DNA of 33,443 nt from Chiloscyllium plagiosum (taxonomy: Eukaryota): contig NC_057754.1 in the NCBI RefSeq assembly GCF_004010195.1, positions 5,569,107 through 5,602,549 on the forward strand, given 5' to 3'. Under the pieces are notes generated by a model. The model saw nothing but the letters and a program-made list of their open reading frames with translations. It made no database searches and was not told where the DNA came from. Every line of letters starts with the position of its first letter. Within the stretch, counting starts at the first letter, position 1. The position numbers were made by a program, and so were the translations under genes. This document shows, in pieces, positions 1 through 9,699 of this stretch.

Positions 1-110
1 CCCCCATCCGCGCCCCGCCCCCTCCCGCGCTCCGCCCCGCCCCCTCCAATCCTCCGCCCCGCCTACTCTCCGCCCCGCCCTCTCCAACCATCCGCGGTGG
101 ATTGGGGGGA
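1..110. other. GC-rich low-complexity tract with repeated CCGCCC (GC-box-like) and CCAAT/ATTGG words
   Basis: Several CCGCCC words in 1-80, CCAAT at 46-50 and ATTGG at 101-105. The tract is cut by the window edge, so promoter versus simple repeat cannot be decided. Confidence 0.3.
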
Positions 111-376
111 GATGGGGAACAATAAAGTTTCGTTGAAAACGGCCAAGGCGGAACAATAAAGCCTTGTTGAAGAGGCCTAGCAGGAAAGGCTTCTGTTGCC
201 CAACTTAATGAGTATTTTTCTGAAATGTGGCCCTGGGCACGGCCTGGGTTTAATTCAAATCAGATCCTCTGCAAATCCAAACCCAACTCAAGCTCAATTT
301 GTTGCCTCCTGCGCCTTGGCCAAGCTGAGATTTGATTTTAGCGTAAATTCTCACTCATGGCCAACCATTGGCGCTT

Positions 377-525
377 CATAAGAAAATGGAGCAGGAGTAG
401 GTCGTGCAGCCCTTCGAGCCTGCTCCGCCATTCAATAAGGATGTTCCACTTACCCGAGCTCTCACCCTAACCCTTAGCTCCTTTATTGTTCAAAAGGATA
501 TCTATCTTAGCTTTAAAAACGTTAA
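377..525 (-). mobile_element. CR1-type LINE 3' end fragment
   Basis: Reverse complement matches the tail at 25606-25810 (atagat..ttgaac..taaagga..taagg..gggtaagtgga...gcaggctcga.gg...cctactcctgctcc). Confidence 0.6.
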
Positions 526-1032
526 CTGAAGGGACGTCGACTGAAGTTTTCGCAGAAACATCTTAAAGAAAAGGGGCATGTTCTGTTCATAATGACGGTC
601 GCGAGGTGGCAAGCGGATGCCACACCATGATCTCCGCGTTCACCGGGAATACATATCCCCGCACAGCCAGATCCCGCCTGTGTGCAGTTGCCACCCCGTC
701 TCTCGTCACGCTGGGGTATGCAGCCCTTTACCCCTTGTTCTAGCAAAGGCAAAGCGAGATGGATAACGCCCAAGCAGAAAGAAAACAGCTCACCGCAGGA
801 CTTCCAAACGATCGAGATCTGAAACAGCCAAAAAAGAAGAAACAGAGCATTTTGGAGGGATTCAGCCAGGTTTAGTGCCGCTTCTGTGGAAGGCAGGCAC
901 CAAATGGACATGGAACGTTAACTCTGCCACAGTCTCCACCGACGCTGCCAGGCTTCCTCAATCCCCCACTCAGAAGGTCAAACCAAGAAATACTTGGAAT
1001 GGCATAATGTGCAGGCTAGGTGCATCATCCAT

Positions 1033-1402
1033 GGTGGGTGGCTCAGTGGTTAGCGCTGCTGCCTCTCAGCACCAGGGACCCAGGTTCAATCCCACCCTCT
1101 GGCGACCCTCTGTGTGGAGTTTGCACATTCTACCTGTGTCTGCGTGGGATTTCCTCCGGGTGCTCTGGCTTCTTCCCCCGGTCCAAAGATGTGCAAGTTA
1201 GGGTAGATCCGCCATGCTCAATGGCCCATGATGTCCCTGGATGTGCAAGTTAGGGTAGATCTGCCTTCGGAAAGACCAGGGTACAGAAATAGGACAGGGG
1301 TGTGGGTCTGGCCGGGGTGCTCTTTGGAAGGTTGGTGTGGACTCGTTGGTGTGGACTCGCTGGGTGGAATGGCCTGCTCCCACACTGTAAGGGATTCTAT
1401 GA
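1033..1402 (+). mobile_element. HE1-type tRNA-derived V-SINE with duplicated internal unit
   Basis: A box TGGCTCAGTGG, B box GGTTCAATCC, V-domain-like GTGTGGAGTTTGCACATTCT..GTGTCTGCGTGGG, tail GGCCTGCTCCCACACTGTAAGGGATTCTATGA; GATGTGCAAGTTAGGGTAGAT occurs twice. Confidence 0.85.
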
Positions 1403-1577
1403 ACACACATCAGTCCTTCTGATCTTCAAGTGTTTGGCTGTAGAAGTCCAGTACGATCGATGTGTTCACAGAATCTGAACACTGCAGAAAGAGGCCATTC
1501 AGCCCATCAAGTCTGCAGTTACCCTCCGAAAAGGGTCCCGCTCAGATCTGTTCCCCCACCCTATCTGGATGGCTCAG

Positions 1578-1908
1578 AGCAGCACAGTGGCTCAGTGGTT
1601 AGCATTGCTGCCCCACAGCACCAGGCATCCAGGTTCGATTCCCCTGCCTCAGGTGACTGTCTGTGTGGAGTCTGCACATTCTCCCCCCCATGTCTGCATC
1701 AGGTTTCCTCCAGGTACTCTGCTTTCCTCCCACAATCCAAAGATGTGCAGGTCAGGTGAATTAGCTGTGTTAAAATCGTGTTAGGTACATTAGTCAGGGG
1801 TAAATATAGGGTAGGGGAATGGGTCTGGGTGGATTACTGTTCGGAGTATCGGTGTGGACTAGTTGGGCCAAATGGCATGTTTCCATAATGTAGGGAATCT
1901 AATCTAAT
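1578..1908 (+). mobile_element. HE1-type V-SINE, single-unit form
   Basis: A box TGGCTCAGTGG, B box GGTTCGATTCC, V domain, 3' GGGAATCTAATCTAA tail. Confidence 0.9.
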
Positions 1909-2362
1909 CCCTGTAACCCCGCATTTACCTTGGCTAATCCACCTAACCTCCACATCCATGATCAGTACAGAGCAATTTAGCACAGCACATCCACCCTAAC
2001 CTGCACATCCCTGACACTATGGGACAATTTAGCACGGCCAATCCACCCTAACCTGCACATCCCTGGACACTGTGGGACAATTTAGCACGGCCAATCCACC
2101 CTAACCTGCACATCCCTGGGCACTATGGGACAATTTAGCACGGCCAACCCACCCTAACCTGCACATCCCTGGGCACTATGGGACAATTTAGCATGGTCAA
2201 TCCACCCTAACCTGCACATCCCTGGACACTATGGGACAATATAGCACGGCCAATCCACCCTAACCTGCACATCCCTGGGCACTATGGGACAAGTTAGCAC
2301 GGCCAATCCACCCTAACCTGCACATCCCTGGGCACTATGGGACAACTTAGCATGGCCAATCC
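1909..2362 (-). repeat. HE1-derived 53-bp tandem array, about 7 units, running into a gap
   Basis: CCACCCTAACCTGCACATCCCTGG.CACTATGGGACAATTTAGCACGGCCAAT recurs every 53 nt; it is the reverse complement of the 15282-17033 unit. Confidence 0.9.
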
Positions 2363-3251
2363 NNNNNNNNNNNNNNNNNNNNNNNNNNNNNNNNNNNNNN
2401 NNNNNNNNNNNNNNNNNNNNNNNNNNNNNNNNNNNNNNNNNNNNNNNNNNNNNNNNNNNNNNNNNNNNNNNNNNNNNNNNNNNNNNNNNNNNNNNNNNNN
2501 NNNNNNNNNNNNNNNNNNNNNNNNNNNNNNNNNNNNNNNNNNNNNNNNNNNNNNNNNNNNNNNNNNNNNNNNNNNNNNNNNNNNNNNNNNNNNNNNNNNN
2601 NNNNNNNNNNNNNNNNNNNNNNNNNNNNNNNNNNNNNNNNNNNNNNNNNNNNNNNNNNNNNNNNNNNNNNNNNNNNNNNNNNNNNNNNNNNNNNNNNNNN
2701 NNNNNNNNNNNNNNNNNNNNNNNNNNNNNNNNNNNNNNNNNNNNNNNNNNNNNNNNNNNNNNNNNNNNNNNNNNNNNNNNNNNNNNNNNNNNNNNNNNNN
2801 NNNNNNNNNNNNNNNNNNNNNNNNNNNNNNNNNNNNNNNNNNNNNNNNNNNNNNNNNNNNNNNNNNNNNNNNNNNNNNNNNNNNNNNNNNNNNNNNNNNN
2901 NNNNNNNNNNNNNNNNNNNNNNNNNNNNNNNNNNNNNNNNNNNNNNNNNNNNNNNNNNNNNNNNNNNNNNNNNNNNNNNNNNNNNNNNNNNNNNNNNNNN
3001 NNNNNNNNNNNNNNNNNNNNNNNNNNNNNNNNNNNNNNNNNNNNNNNNNNNNNNNNNNNNNNNNNNNNNNNNNNNNNNNNNNNNNNNNNNNNNNNNNNNN
3101 NNNNNNNNNNNNNNNNNNNNNNNNNNNNNNNNNNNNNNNNNNNNNNNNNNNNNNNNNNNNNNNNNNNNNNNNNNNNNNNNNNNNNNNNNNNNNNNNNNNN
3201 NNNNNNNNNNNNNNNNNNNNNNNNNNNNNNNNNNNNNNNNNNNNNNNNNNN

Positions 3252-3452
3252 AACGCAGCAAGGCAGGCAGCATCAGGAGGGACAGGCAGGAGGCTGGGGG
3301 AACACAGCAAGCCAGGCAGGATCAGGAGGGACAGGCAGGAGGCTGGGGGAACACAGCAAGGCAGGCAGCATCAGGAGGGACAGGCAGGAGGCTGGGGGAA
3401 ACACAGCAAGGCAGGCAGCATCAGGAGGGACAGGCAGGAGGCTGCAGGAACA
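3252..3452 (+). repeat. 49-50-bp tandem repeat, 4 visible units, emerging from a gap
   Basis: ACACAGCAAGGCAGGCAGCATCAGGAGGGACAGGCAGGAGGCTGGGGGA starts at about 3253, 3302, 3351 and 3401. Confidence 0.85.
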
Positions 3453-3623
3453 CCGAGATAACGCAGAGTCTGCAAGCTGAAAAGACGACTCTTACCTCCT
3501 CTCACTTGTGTGGGCGAAAAGACAGAAAAACCCCAGAAAGTTTAAAAGAAAATAATTTTAATGAGAGAAAGCTTGGATCCATGATTGAAGTGAAGAACAA
3601 GTTGTTTGACAGACAGAAGCGTG

Positions 3624-3752
3624 GCGGAGGAAGTGTGGACTACAGATGCTGGAGAGTCAAGAGTTGAAAAGTGCGGTGGTGGAAAAGCACAGGTCAGGCA
3701 GCATCCGAGGAGCCGGGGAGTCATTGTTTCAGGCCTATGCCCTTCATCTGGA
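3624..3752 (-). mobile_element. Penelope-like terminal-repeat arm, single and degenerate
   Basis: Matches the arm of the palindromic elements (GAGGAAGTG.GGACT.CAGATGCTGGAGA...GGAAAAGCACAGGTCAGGCAGCATCC); the hammerhead core is decayed. Confidence 0.65.
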
Positions 3753-3775
3753 CTGTGGAGTCATGGCTGTAATCA

Positions 3776-4158
3776 AAAAGAGGTTGAGAGGCGACCTTAT
3801 AGAAGTTTATAAGGTCATGTGAGAGTGGATAAAATTGATGGCAGTTTTCTTTTCCCTCGGGATGGGAGATTTCAACACTAGGGGGCACATTTTTAAGGTG
3901 AGAGGAGAGAGATTTAAAAAAGATATGAAGGACAAGTTCTTTTTTTACACAGGGAGTGGTTCGCGTGTGGAACAAAGTTCCTGAGGAAGTGTGGACACAG
4001 TTACAACATTTAAAAAGACATTTGGATAAGGACATGAATAGGAAAGGGTTTGGAGGGATATGGGCCAGGAGCAGGTAGGTGGGACTAGGTTAGTTTGGGG
4101 ATTATGGTCGGCATGCACTGGTTGGGCCGAAGGGTCTGTTTCCGTGCTGGATGACTAC
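3776..4158 (+). mobile_element. HER1/CR1 LINE 3' fragment
   Basis: RLRGDLIEVYK-like coding remnant and the tail GGGCCGAAGGGTCTGTTTCCGTGCTG shared with HE1. Confidence 0.85.
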
Positions 4159-4281
4159 ATGAGACAATTTAACTCGCCCTCTGACCTCGACTTCTGATCT
4201 TTACGTATGTTTTCCCCCTACAACCCATAATATTTGCGTCAATTCAGCTGTCCTGTGTTGTTACAATCCTAATGAGCATGT

Positions 4282-5042
4282 TGTTATGGACAGGGTAAAC
4301 TCTCCTGCTTAATTTAAAACCAGCAACACACAAAAGATTTATCCCATGCAGTAATCTGTAAAAAATTTGAGTGGCCAAGGAGTATTTAAAGTAAAAATCA
4401 ACAACTTTATTTCTTAACATCCAAGTCTCAGAGTTTTTAATCTGCCACCTGCTTCATTCTACACTGTGCCCTCTTTAGGCGCTGTTTGGCTAACTCACCT
4501 CCTGAATTTAATCTCTCCCTCACCTCCAATACATAATCTGGTCCTGTCAATTTTTCTTTAATTAATTTCAAAGGACCTCTCACTTCATGACCGACTATTA
4601 ACTTGAAGGGAGTGAACTGAGTGGATTCATTTGGGGCATCTCTAACGGCAAACAATACGAATGGGATACCTTTATCCCAATCATTCAGGGATTCCTGACA
4701 CTAAACTCAGAACATGGTCTTAAGGTCTGTTGCCACCTTTCCAAAGCTCCCTGGGATTCAGGATGATACACACTAGATATATAGCGTTGTATACCTAAGC
4801 TATCCATAACCTCCTTAAACAGCCCAGCAGTAAAATTTGACCCTTGGTCCGACTGAATCTCTCTAGGTAGCCCATTCCTCCACGTGAATTCTTACCATCT
4901 CGGGAAGCGAGCTTTTTTTTTTTAACTCCTCCAGCAGAATAATCTCTCTTAAAGCCTCAAATGTGCTATCTATTTTCAAAGCACGCACACATCAATCAAA
5001 ATGACTACGTTTAATTCTTTCAAACTCAACGTAAGTCTGACC
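4282..5042 (-). mobile_element. Internally deleted Gypsy-type LTR retrotransposon relic (gag piece, integrase core, possible LTR end)
   Basis: Minus-strand translation: GQTYVEFERIKRSHFD..ALKIDSTFEALREIILLEE..VRIHVEE (gag-like, 5042 to about 4875) abuts GLPREIQSDQGSNF..YHPESQGALER (D-35-E spacing) and DWDKGIPFVLFAVRDAPNESTQFTPF. It contains stops and frameshifts, and ends with AATAAA and ..CATAACA near 4282. Confidence 0.85.
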
Positions 5043-5542
5043 NNNNNNNNNNNNNNNNNNNNNNNNNNNNNNNNNNNNNNNNNNNNNNNNNNNNNNNNNN
5101 NNNNNNNNNNNNNNNNNNNNNNNNNNNNNNNNNNNNNNNNNNNNNNNNNNNNNNNNNNNNNNNNNNNNNNNNNNNNNNNNNNNNNNNNNNNNNNNNNNNN
5201 NNNNNNNNNNNNNNNNNNNNNNNNNNNNNNNNNNNNNNNNNNNNNNNNNNNNNNNNNNNNNNNNNNNNNNNNNNNNNNNNNNNNNNNNNNNNNNNNNNNN
5301 NNNNNNNNNNNNNNNNNNNNNNNNNNNNNNNNNNNNNNNNNNNNNNNNNNNNNNNNNNNNNNNNNNNNNNNNNNNNNNNNNNNNNNNNNNNNNNNNNNNN
5401 NNNNNNNNNNNNNNNNNNNNNNNNNNNNNNNNNNNNNNNNNNNNNNNNNNNNNNNNNNNNNNNNNNNNNNNNNNNNNNNNNNNNNNNNNNNNNNNNNNNN
5501 NNNNNNNNNNNNNNNNNNNNNNNNNNNNNNNNNNNNNNNNNN

Positions 5543-5733
5543 GTCCCATAGTGCCCAGAGATGTGCAGGTTAGGGTGGATTGGCCGTGCTAAATTGTCCC
5601 ATAGTGTCCAGGGATGTGGAGGTAGCTGCATTAGTCAGGTGTAAAAGTAGAGTGGGTTACTCTGCTGAGGGTCAGTGTGGACTTTTTGGACCGAAGGGCC
5701 TGTTTCCCCGCTGTCGGGATTCTATGATTCTAT
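5543..5733 (+). mobile_element. HE1 SINE 3' part with end of a 53-bp array
   Basis: 53-bp units emerge from the gap, followed by GGACCGAAGGGCCTGTTTCC..GGGATTCTATGATTCTAT. Confidence 0.85.
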
Positions 5734-5836
5734 AACTAGCAGCGTTAGGGTGCAGGCTGCTTTCTTGAGAGGGGGTGTGGCCTCACCCATAACAAAATGT
5801 AAGGTATACAACGTAACGAGATCATGGGTAACTTAC

Positions 5837-5903
5837 AATAGTGCAGAGTTTCTCCTCCATGAACTCCTTAGCTTGCTGTGTGCTGAAGTAATTCTCCTGT
5901 AGC
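5837..5903 (-). CDS. BEGAIN/TJAP1-family gene, coding exon 4 (67 nt): (R)LQENYFSTQQAKEFMEEKLCTI
   Basis: Acceptor tgtcccacag, donor gtaagt, phase 2 to 0. Continues EKFW-R from the previous exon and resembles recalled TJAP1 RLQNSYTASQRTNQELEDKLHTL and BEGAIN RIQSNYMALQRINQELEDKL. Not in the ORF track. Confidence 0.88.
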
Positions 5904-6193
5904 CTGTGGGACAAAGCACATTGAGGGTTTCAGCTTTCTCCACCCCCTGGCCACGTTCTCGACTGAATAGTTCTGAGACTTTGAGACTGAGTCGCTGTGT
6001 CTCTCATTTATCGCAGAGTGTTCAAGTTTATTTTCTGGACTTAAAACGTCTTAGAACCTCACAAGACCTTTCAACGTAGGTATGCTCATAGTGAGGAGAT
6101 GCTAGAATGTTCTCCCTGAGCGTCTGGAGTGAGCCACTTGCCTCACTAGAACTACCCACAAACTAAACAAGAAAGTTGGCTCAGTGTACAAGG

Positions 6194-7010
6194 GGACCTT
6201 GATCAGATGGGCCGAAGGGTGGCAGATGGAAGTTTAATTTAGATAAATGTGAGGTGCTACATTTTGGAAAGGGAAGACAGGACAGGACTTATACACTTAA
6301 TGGAAGAGTGTTGCTGAACAAAGAGACCTTGGAGTGCAGGTTCATAGCTCCTTGAAAGTGGAGTTGCAGGTAGATAGGGTAGTGAAGAAGGCGTTTGGTA
6401 TGCTTTCCGTTATTGGTCAGAGCATTCAGTATAGGGGTTGGGAGGGTCATGTTGCGGCTGTACAGGGCATTGGTTAGGCCACTGTTGGAGTACTCATTCC
6501 TGCTACAGGAAGGATGTTGTGAAACTTGAAAGGGTTCAGAAAAGATTAACAAGGATGTTGCCAGGGTTGGAGGGTTTGAGCTACAGGGAGAGGCTGAACA
6601 GGCTGGGGCTGTTTTCCCTGGAGTGTCAGAGGTTGAGGGGTGACTTTATCGAGGTCTATAAAATCATGAGGGGCATGAAATAGACAAGGTCTTTTCCCTG
6701 GGGTTGGGACATCCAGAACTAGAGGGGCATAGGTTTAGGATGAGAGGGGGAAAGATATAAAAGGGACCTAAGGGGGAACTTTTTCTCACAGAGGGTGGTC
6801 CGTGTGTGGAATGAGCTGCCAGAGGAAATGGTGGAGGCTGGTACAATGACAACATTTAAAAGGCATCTGATTGGGTACATGAATAGGAAGGATTTAGAGG
6901 GATATGGGCCATGTGCTGGCAAATGGGACTAGATTAGGTTGGGATATCTGGTCGGCATGGACGGGTTGGGCCGAAGGGTCAGTCTGTGCTGTACATCTCT
7001 AGGAGTCTAA
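6194..7010 (+). mobile_element. HER1/CR1 LINE, 5'-truncated
   Basis: YRKDVVKLERVQKRLTRMLPGLEGLSYRERLNRLGLFSLE..RLRGD.IEVYKIMRG, a typical CR1 ORF2 C-terminus, plus 3' tail. Confidence 0.92.
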
Positions 7011-7078
7011 GGCATATGAGGGATACAAAACATAAAAATGGACTGTGGAAGCTTCTGTAGATACACAAAAGGGAACAG

Positions 7079-7292
7079 GGAGGAAGTGAGGACCGCAGAT
7101 GCTGGAGATCAGAGTCGAGAGTGTGGTGCTGGAAAAGCACATCCGGTCCAACAGCATCCGAGGAGCAACGTTTCGGGCATAAGCTCTTCATCAGGAATAA
7201 AGACCTCGTTCCTGATGAAGAGCTCCTGCCCGAAACATCGACTCTCCTGCTCCTCGGATGCTGCCTGACTGGATGTGCTTTTCCAGCACCAT
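7079..7292. mobile_element. Palindromic Penelope-like insertion with two opposed hammerhead-like cores
   Basis: Inverted arms around 7199-7207. Minus core CTGATGAAGAGCTTATGCCCGAAACGTT, plus core CTGATGAAGAGCTCCTGCCCGAAACATC. AGGGAACAG occurs on both flanks. Confidence 0.75.
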
Positions 7293-7413
7293 GGCATAAC
7301 AGGGAACAGTTTGGTCAAGACAAATGGAGGGTTCCAATACAGGCACGGGGGGGGGGGGGAATCGAGAAGTGGCAGTGACTCAAGAGCGGGGGATTACCTC
7401 CCTCCTCCCTCAC

Positions 7414-7575
7414 CTCCAGAACTTCTCCCTGAGGTCCTCCATGTCCACCCGAGCTCTCTGCAGCTCGGACTCCAGGTGCCCATGGCTGGCCTTGAAGTCC
7501 ATGTCCATCCTCTCCATTTGGTAGGTGGCATGGAGTAGGTGTCTCTGTAGATTTTCATTCTCCTCTTGTAAAGAC
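7414..7575 (-). CDS. BEGAIN/TJAP1-family gene, coding exon 3 (162 nt): (K)SLQEENENLQRHLLHATYQMERMDMDFKASHGHLESELQRARVDMEDLREKFW(R)
   Basis: Pyrimidine tract plus taag acceptor, gtgagg donor, phase 2 to 2. Coiled coil resembling recalled BEGAIN ALQEQKGELRKRLSYTTHKLEKLETEFDSTRHYLEIELRRAQEELEK and TJAP1 LLQEENEELRRRL. Confidence 0.9.
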
Positions 7576-7896
7576 CTTAAGCGTGGTTTGCAGGGGGGAG
7601 GCGGGGGGAAAGACACAGGAGCTGGGGTTAGCCGGTTCCCGCTCTCGAACCGTGACTGTGTTATCAAAGCGCAGACCGCGCCCGTGGAGAATGCTTGCAA
7701 CTCAGTCCATGTTAGTGGCACAGAACTGTACGGTCAGTTTAAGGTGCAGGCGGTGATGATTGGTTGCTCACTCGCCTGAACTCTCACCTCTTGGGACACA
7801 ACAGCCTGGGGTCCAGGGATAGAGCACAGTCTGACCCAGTGCTGCAGGGCCAGAGGGGTTGGGTCTCGATCGGGGCATTTAATATGCCCGTGACTT

Positions 7897-8692
7897 GTAG
7901 AGTCACACAGCACGGAAACAGACCCTGCGGCCCAACTCGTCCGTGCTGACCCATAATCCCCAAACTAACCTAGTCCCAGCTGCCTGCCCCTGGCCCATAT
8001 CCCTCCAAACTCTTTCCTATTCATGTCCTTATCCAAACATCTTGTAACTGTCCCCACATCCACCACTTCCTCTGGAAGTTCATTCCACACGCGAACCACC
8101 CACTGTGTAAAAATTGCCACCCTCCCCATGTCTTTTTTTTTAATCTTTCTCCTCTCACCTTAAAAGTGTGCCCCCTAATCTTGAAAACCCCTACCCTAGA
8201 GAAAAGACACCTGTCATTCACCTTATCCAAGCCTCTCATGATTTTGTAAACCTCTATAAGGTCACCCCTCAGTCTCCTACGCTCCAGTGAAAAAAGTCCC
8301 GGCCTATCCAGCCTCTCAAACCCTCTATTCCCGGCAACATCCTGATAAATCTCTTCTGAACCCCTCTCCAGTTTAATAACATCCTTCCTGTAACAGGGCA
8401 ACCAGAACTGGACACAGTGATCCAGACGAGGCCTCACCAATGTCCTGTACAACCCCAACATGACGTCCTAACTCCTACACTCAAAGGTCTGAGTAATGAA
8501 GGCAAGCGTGCTAAACACCTTCTTAACCCCCCCATCTATGTGATGCAAACATCATAGAATGATGTACCTGAACCCCTAGGTCTCGCTCAGTACCCTGGGC
8601 ACTGCTTTTAATTGTAGAAGTCCTGCCCTTGTGTGTTTTACCAAGATGCAATATCTCGCATTTATCCAAATTAAACACCACGCCTCAACCCA
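7897..8692 (-). mobile_element. HER1/CR1 LINE, 5'-truncated
   Basis: ORF 8021-8461: LYRTLVRPRLDHCVQFW.PCYRKDVIKLER..GLFSLERRRLRGDLIEVYKIMRGLDKV; tail at the left end. Confidence 0.92.
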
Positions 8693-8780
8693 GTTCTGAG
8701 AATTTTTATATTTAAGTCTGAAAGTGAGTGGTGGTAGGAAAAGACAATAGCGGCTTTAAAAATAAAAGGTGAACACTTAC

Positions 8781-8809
8781 TTCAGATGATTGGCATCTAC
8801 AAGCAGCTC
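8781..8809 (-). CDS. BEGAIN/TJAP1-family gene, coding micro-exon 2 (29 nt): ELLVDANHL(K)
   Basis: Strong acceptor tttttgtctctttttatttag and donor gtaagt. Phase 0 to 2 exactly bridges exon 1 and exon 3. Resembles recalled TJAP1 EPLTDAERMK. Confidence 0.85.
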
Positions 8810-9277
8810 CTAAATAAAAAGAGACAAAAAAAAATTGGTGATGGGACAAATTTTCTCAGCCTGGGAGTTCAAACATGATGGATATTTTTTCCTCTTGACT
8901 AACGACCTCTTCTATAATTCCACAAAAACATGAAAAGAGATTGCAAACTGTTCTAAAAGTGATACTTTCTCGTTTAAATTCAAAACGGACGACGTTGGAC
9001 TAAAACATGGCTGCTGCTGGTCACACGGTGCAAGTTGACTACATTTCCAGAAAGTTCCAAAGAGCTTGGACACAATCCTCCTGGGGATCACATGTCCTGG
9101 CGTGGTGTGGCCATTGTGTTGTCAAAGACCAGTTGACAATATGATTCCGCCCCCCTCCCCCCCCCAGCAGAATCTGGTAAATCAACATGAGGTTTTGATT
9201 CTAATTATGCCCGAAAAGGCAATAATAGCCCGTGATTTACCTCACACAACAAACCTGAGTTTGTCTGTAAACACAGA

Positions 9278-9520
9278 ACAGGTGGCAGTGTGCACGGCCC
9301 AGACCGTCACCGAAGCCAACCTCCCATCCATGGACTCCATTTACATGTCGCGGAAAGGCCGCTAACGCCATTAAATACCCCTCCCGCCCCGGTAAGGCCT
9401 CTCCTACGGTCTCTTACGTCAGGCAGACGATGCAGAAGCCTGAACACACGCACCAACAGGTTCAACAACAGCTTCTTCCCCGCTGTTATTAGACCGATGA
9501 ATGGACCTATCTAACTTTAA
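9278..9520 (+). mobile_element. Rex1/Babar-like LINE 3' fragment
   Basis: SGRRCRSLNTRTNRFNNSFFPAVIR.MN terminal motif typical of Rex1-type RT ORFs. Confidence 0.7.
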
Positions 9521-9577
9521 TCAAATGCTAATCTCCTGTGTAACCTCGTCAAAGCAGCTTACGATCTGTAAAACCGA

Positions 9578-9686
9578 AAAGAATGCTGTAAATCAGAAAC
9601 AAAAACAGAAGTGGCTGGAAAAGCTCAGCGGGTCTGGCAGCATCGGTGGAGAGAAATCAGAGTGAACGTTTCAGGTCCAGTGACCC
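9578..9686 (-). mobile_element. Arm of a second Penelope-like family, truncated before the full ribozyme core
   Basis: GCTGGAAAAGCTCAGC.GGTCTGGCAGCATC..GAGAAATCAGAGT.AACGTTTC.GGTCCAGTGACCC; related decayed copies near 911-960, 19520-19650, 22510-22575 and 29310-29445. Confidence 0.55.
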
Positions 9687-9699
9687 GCGCCCCAGAACA

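Noticed and set aside
108..250. Twice-repeated GAACAATAAAG..TTGAA word and a possible DNA-transposon end
   Set aside because: No partner terminal inverted repeat or duplication is visible in the window.
522..911. 129-aa minus-strand ORF
   Set aside because: No recognisable domain; it runs through splice-site-like and repeat-derived sequence.
3496..3582. Possible signal-peptide first exon starting MDPSFLSL
   Set aside because: The ATG frame meets TGA before the donor; it would need a frameshift I cannot justify.
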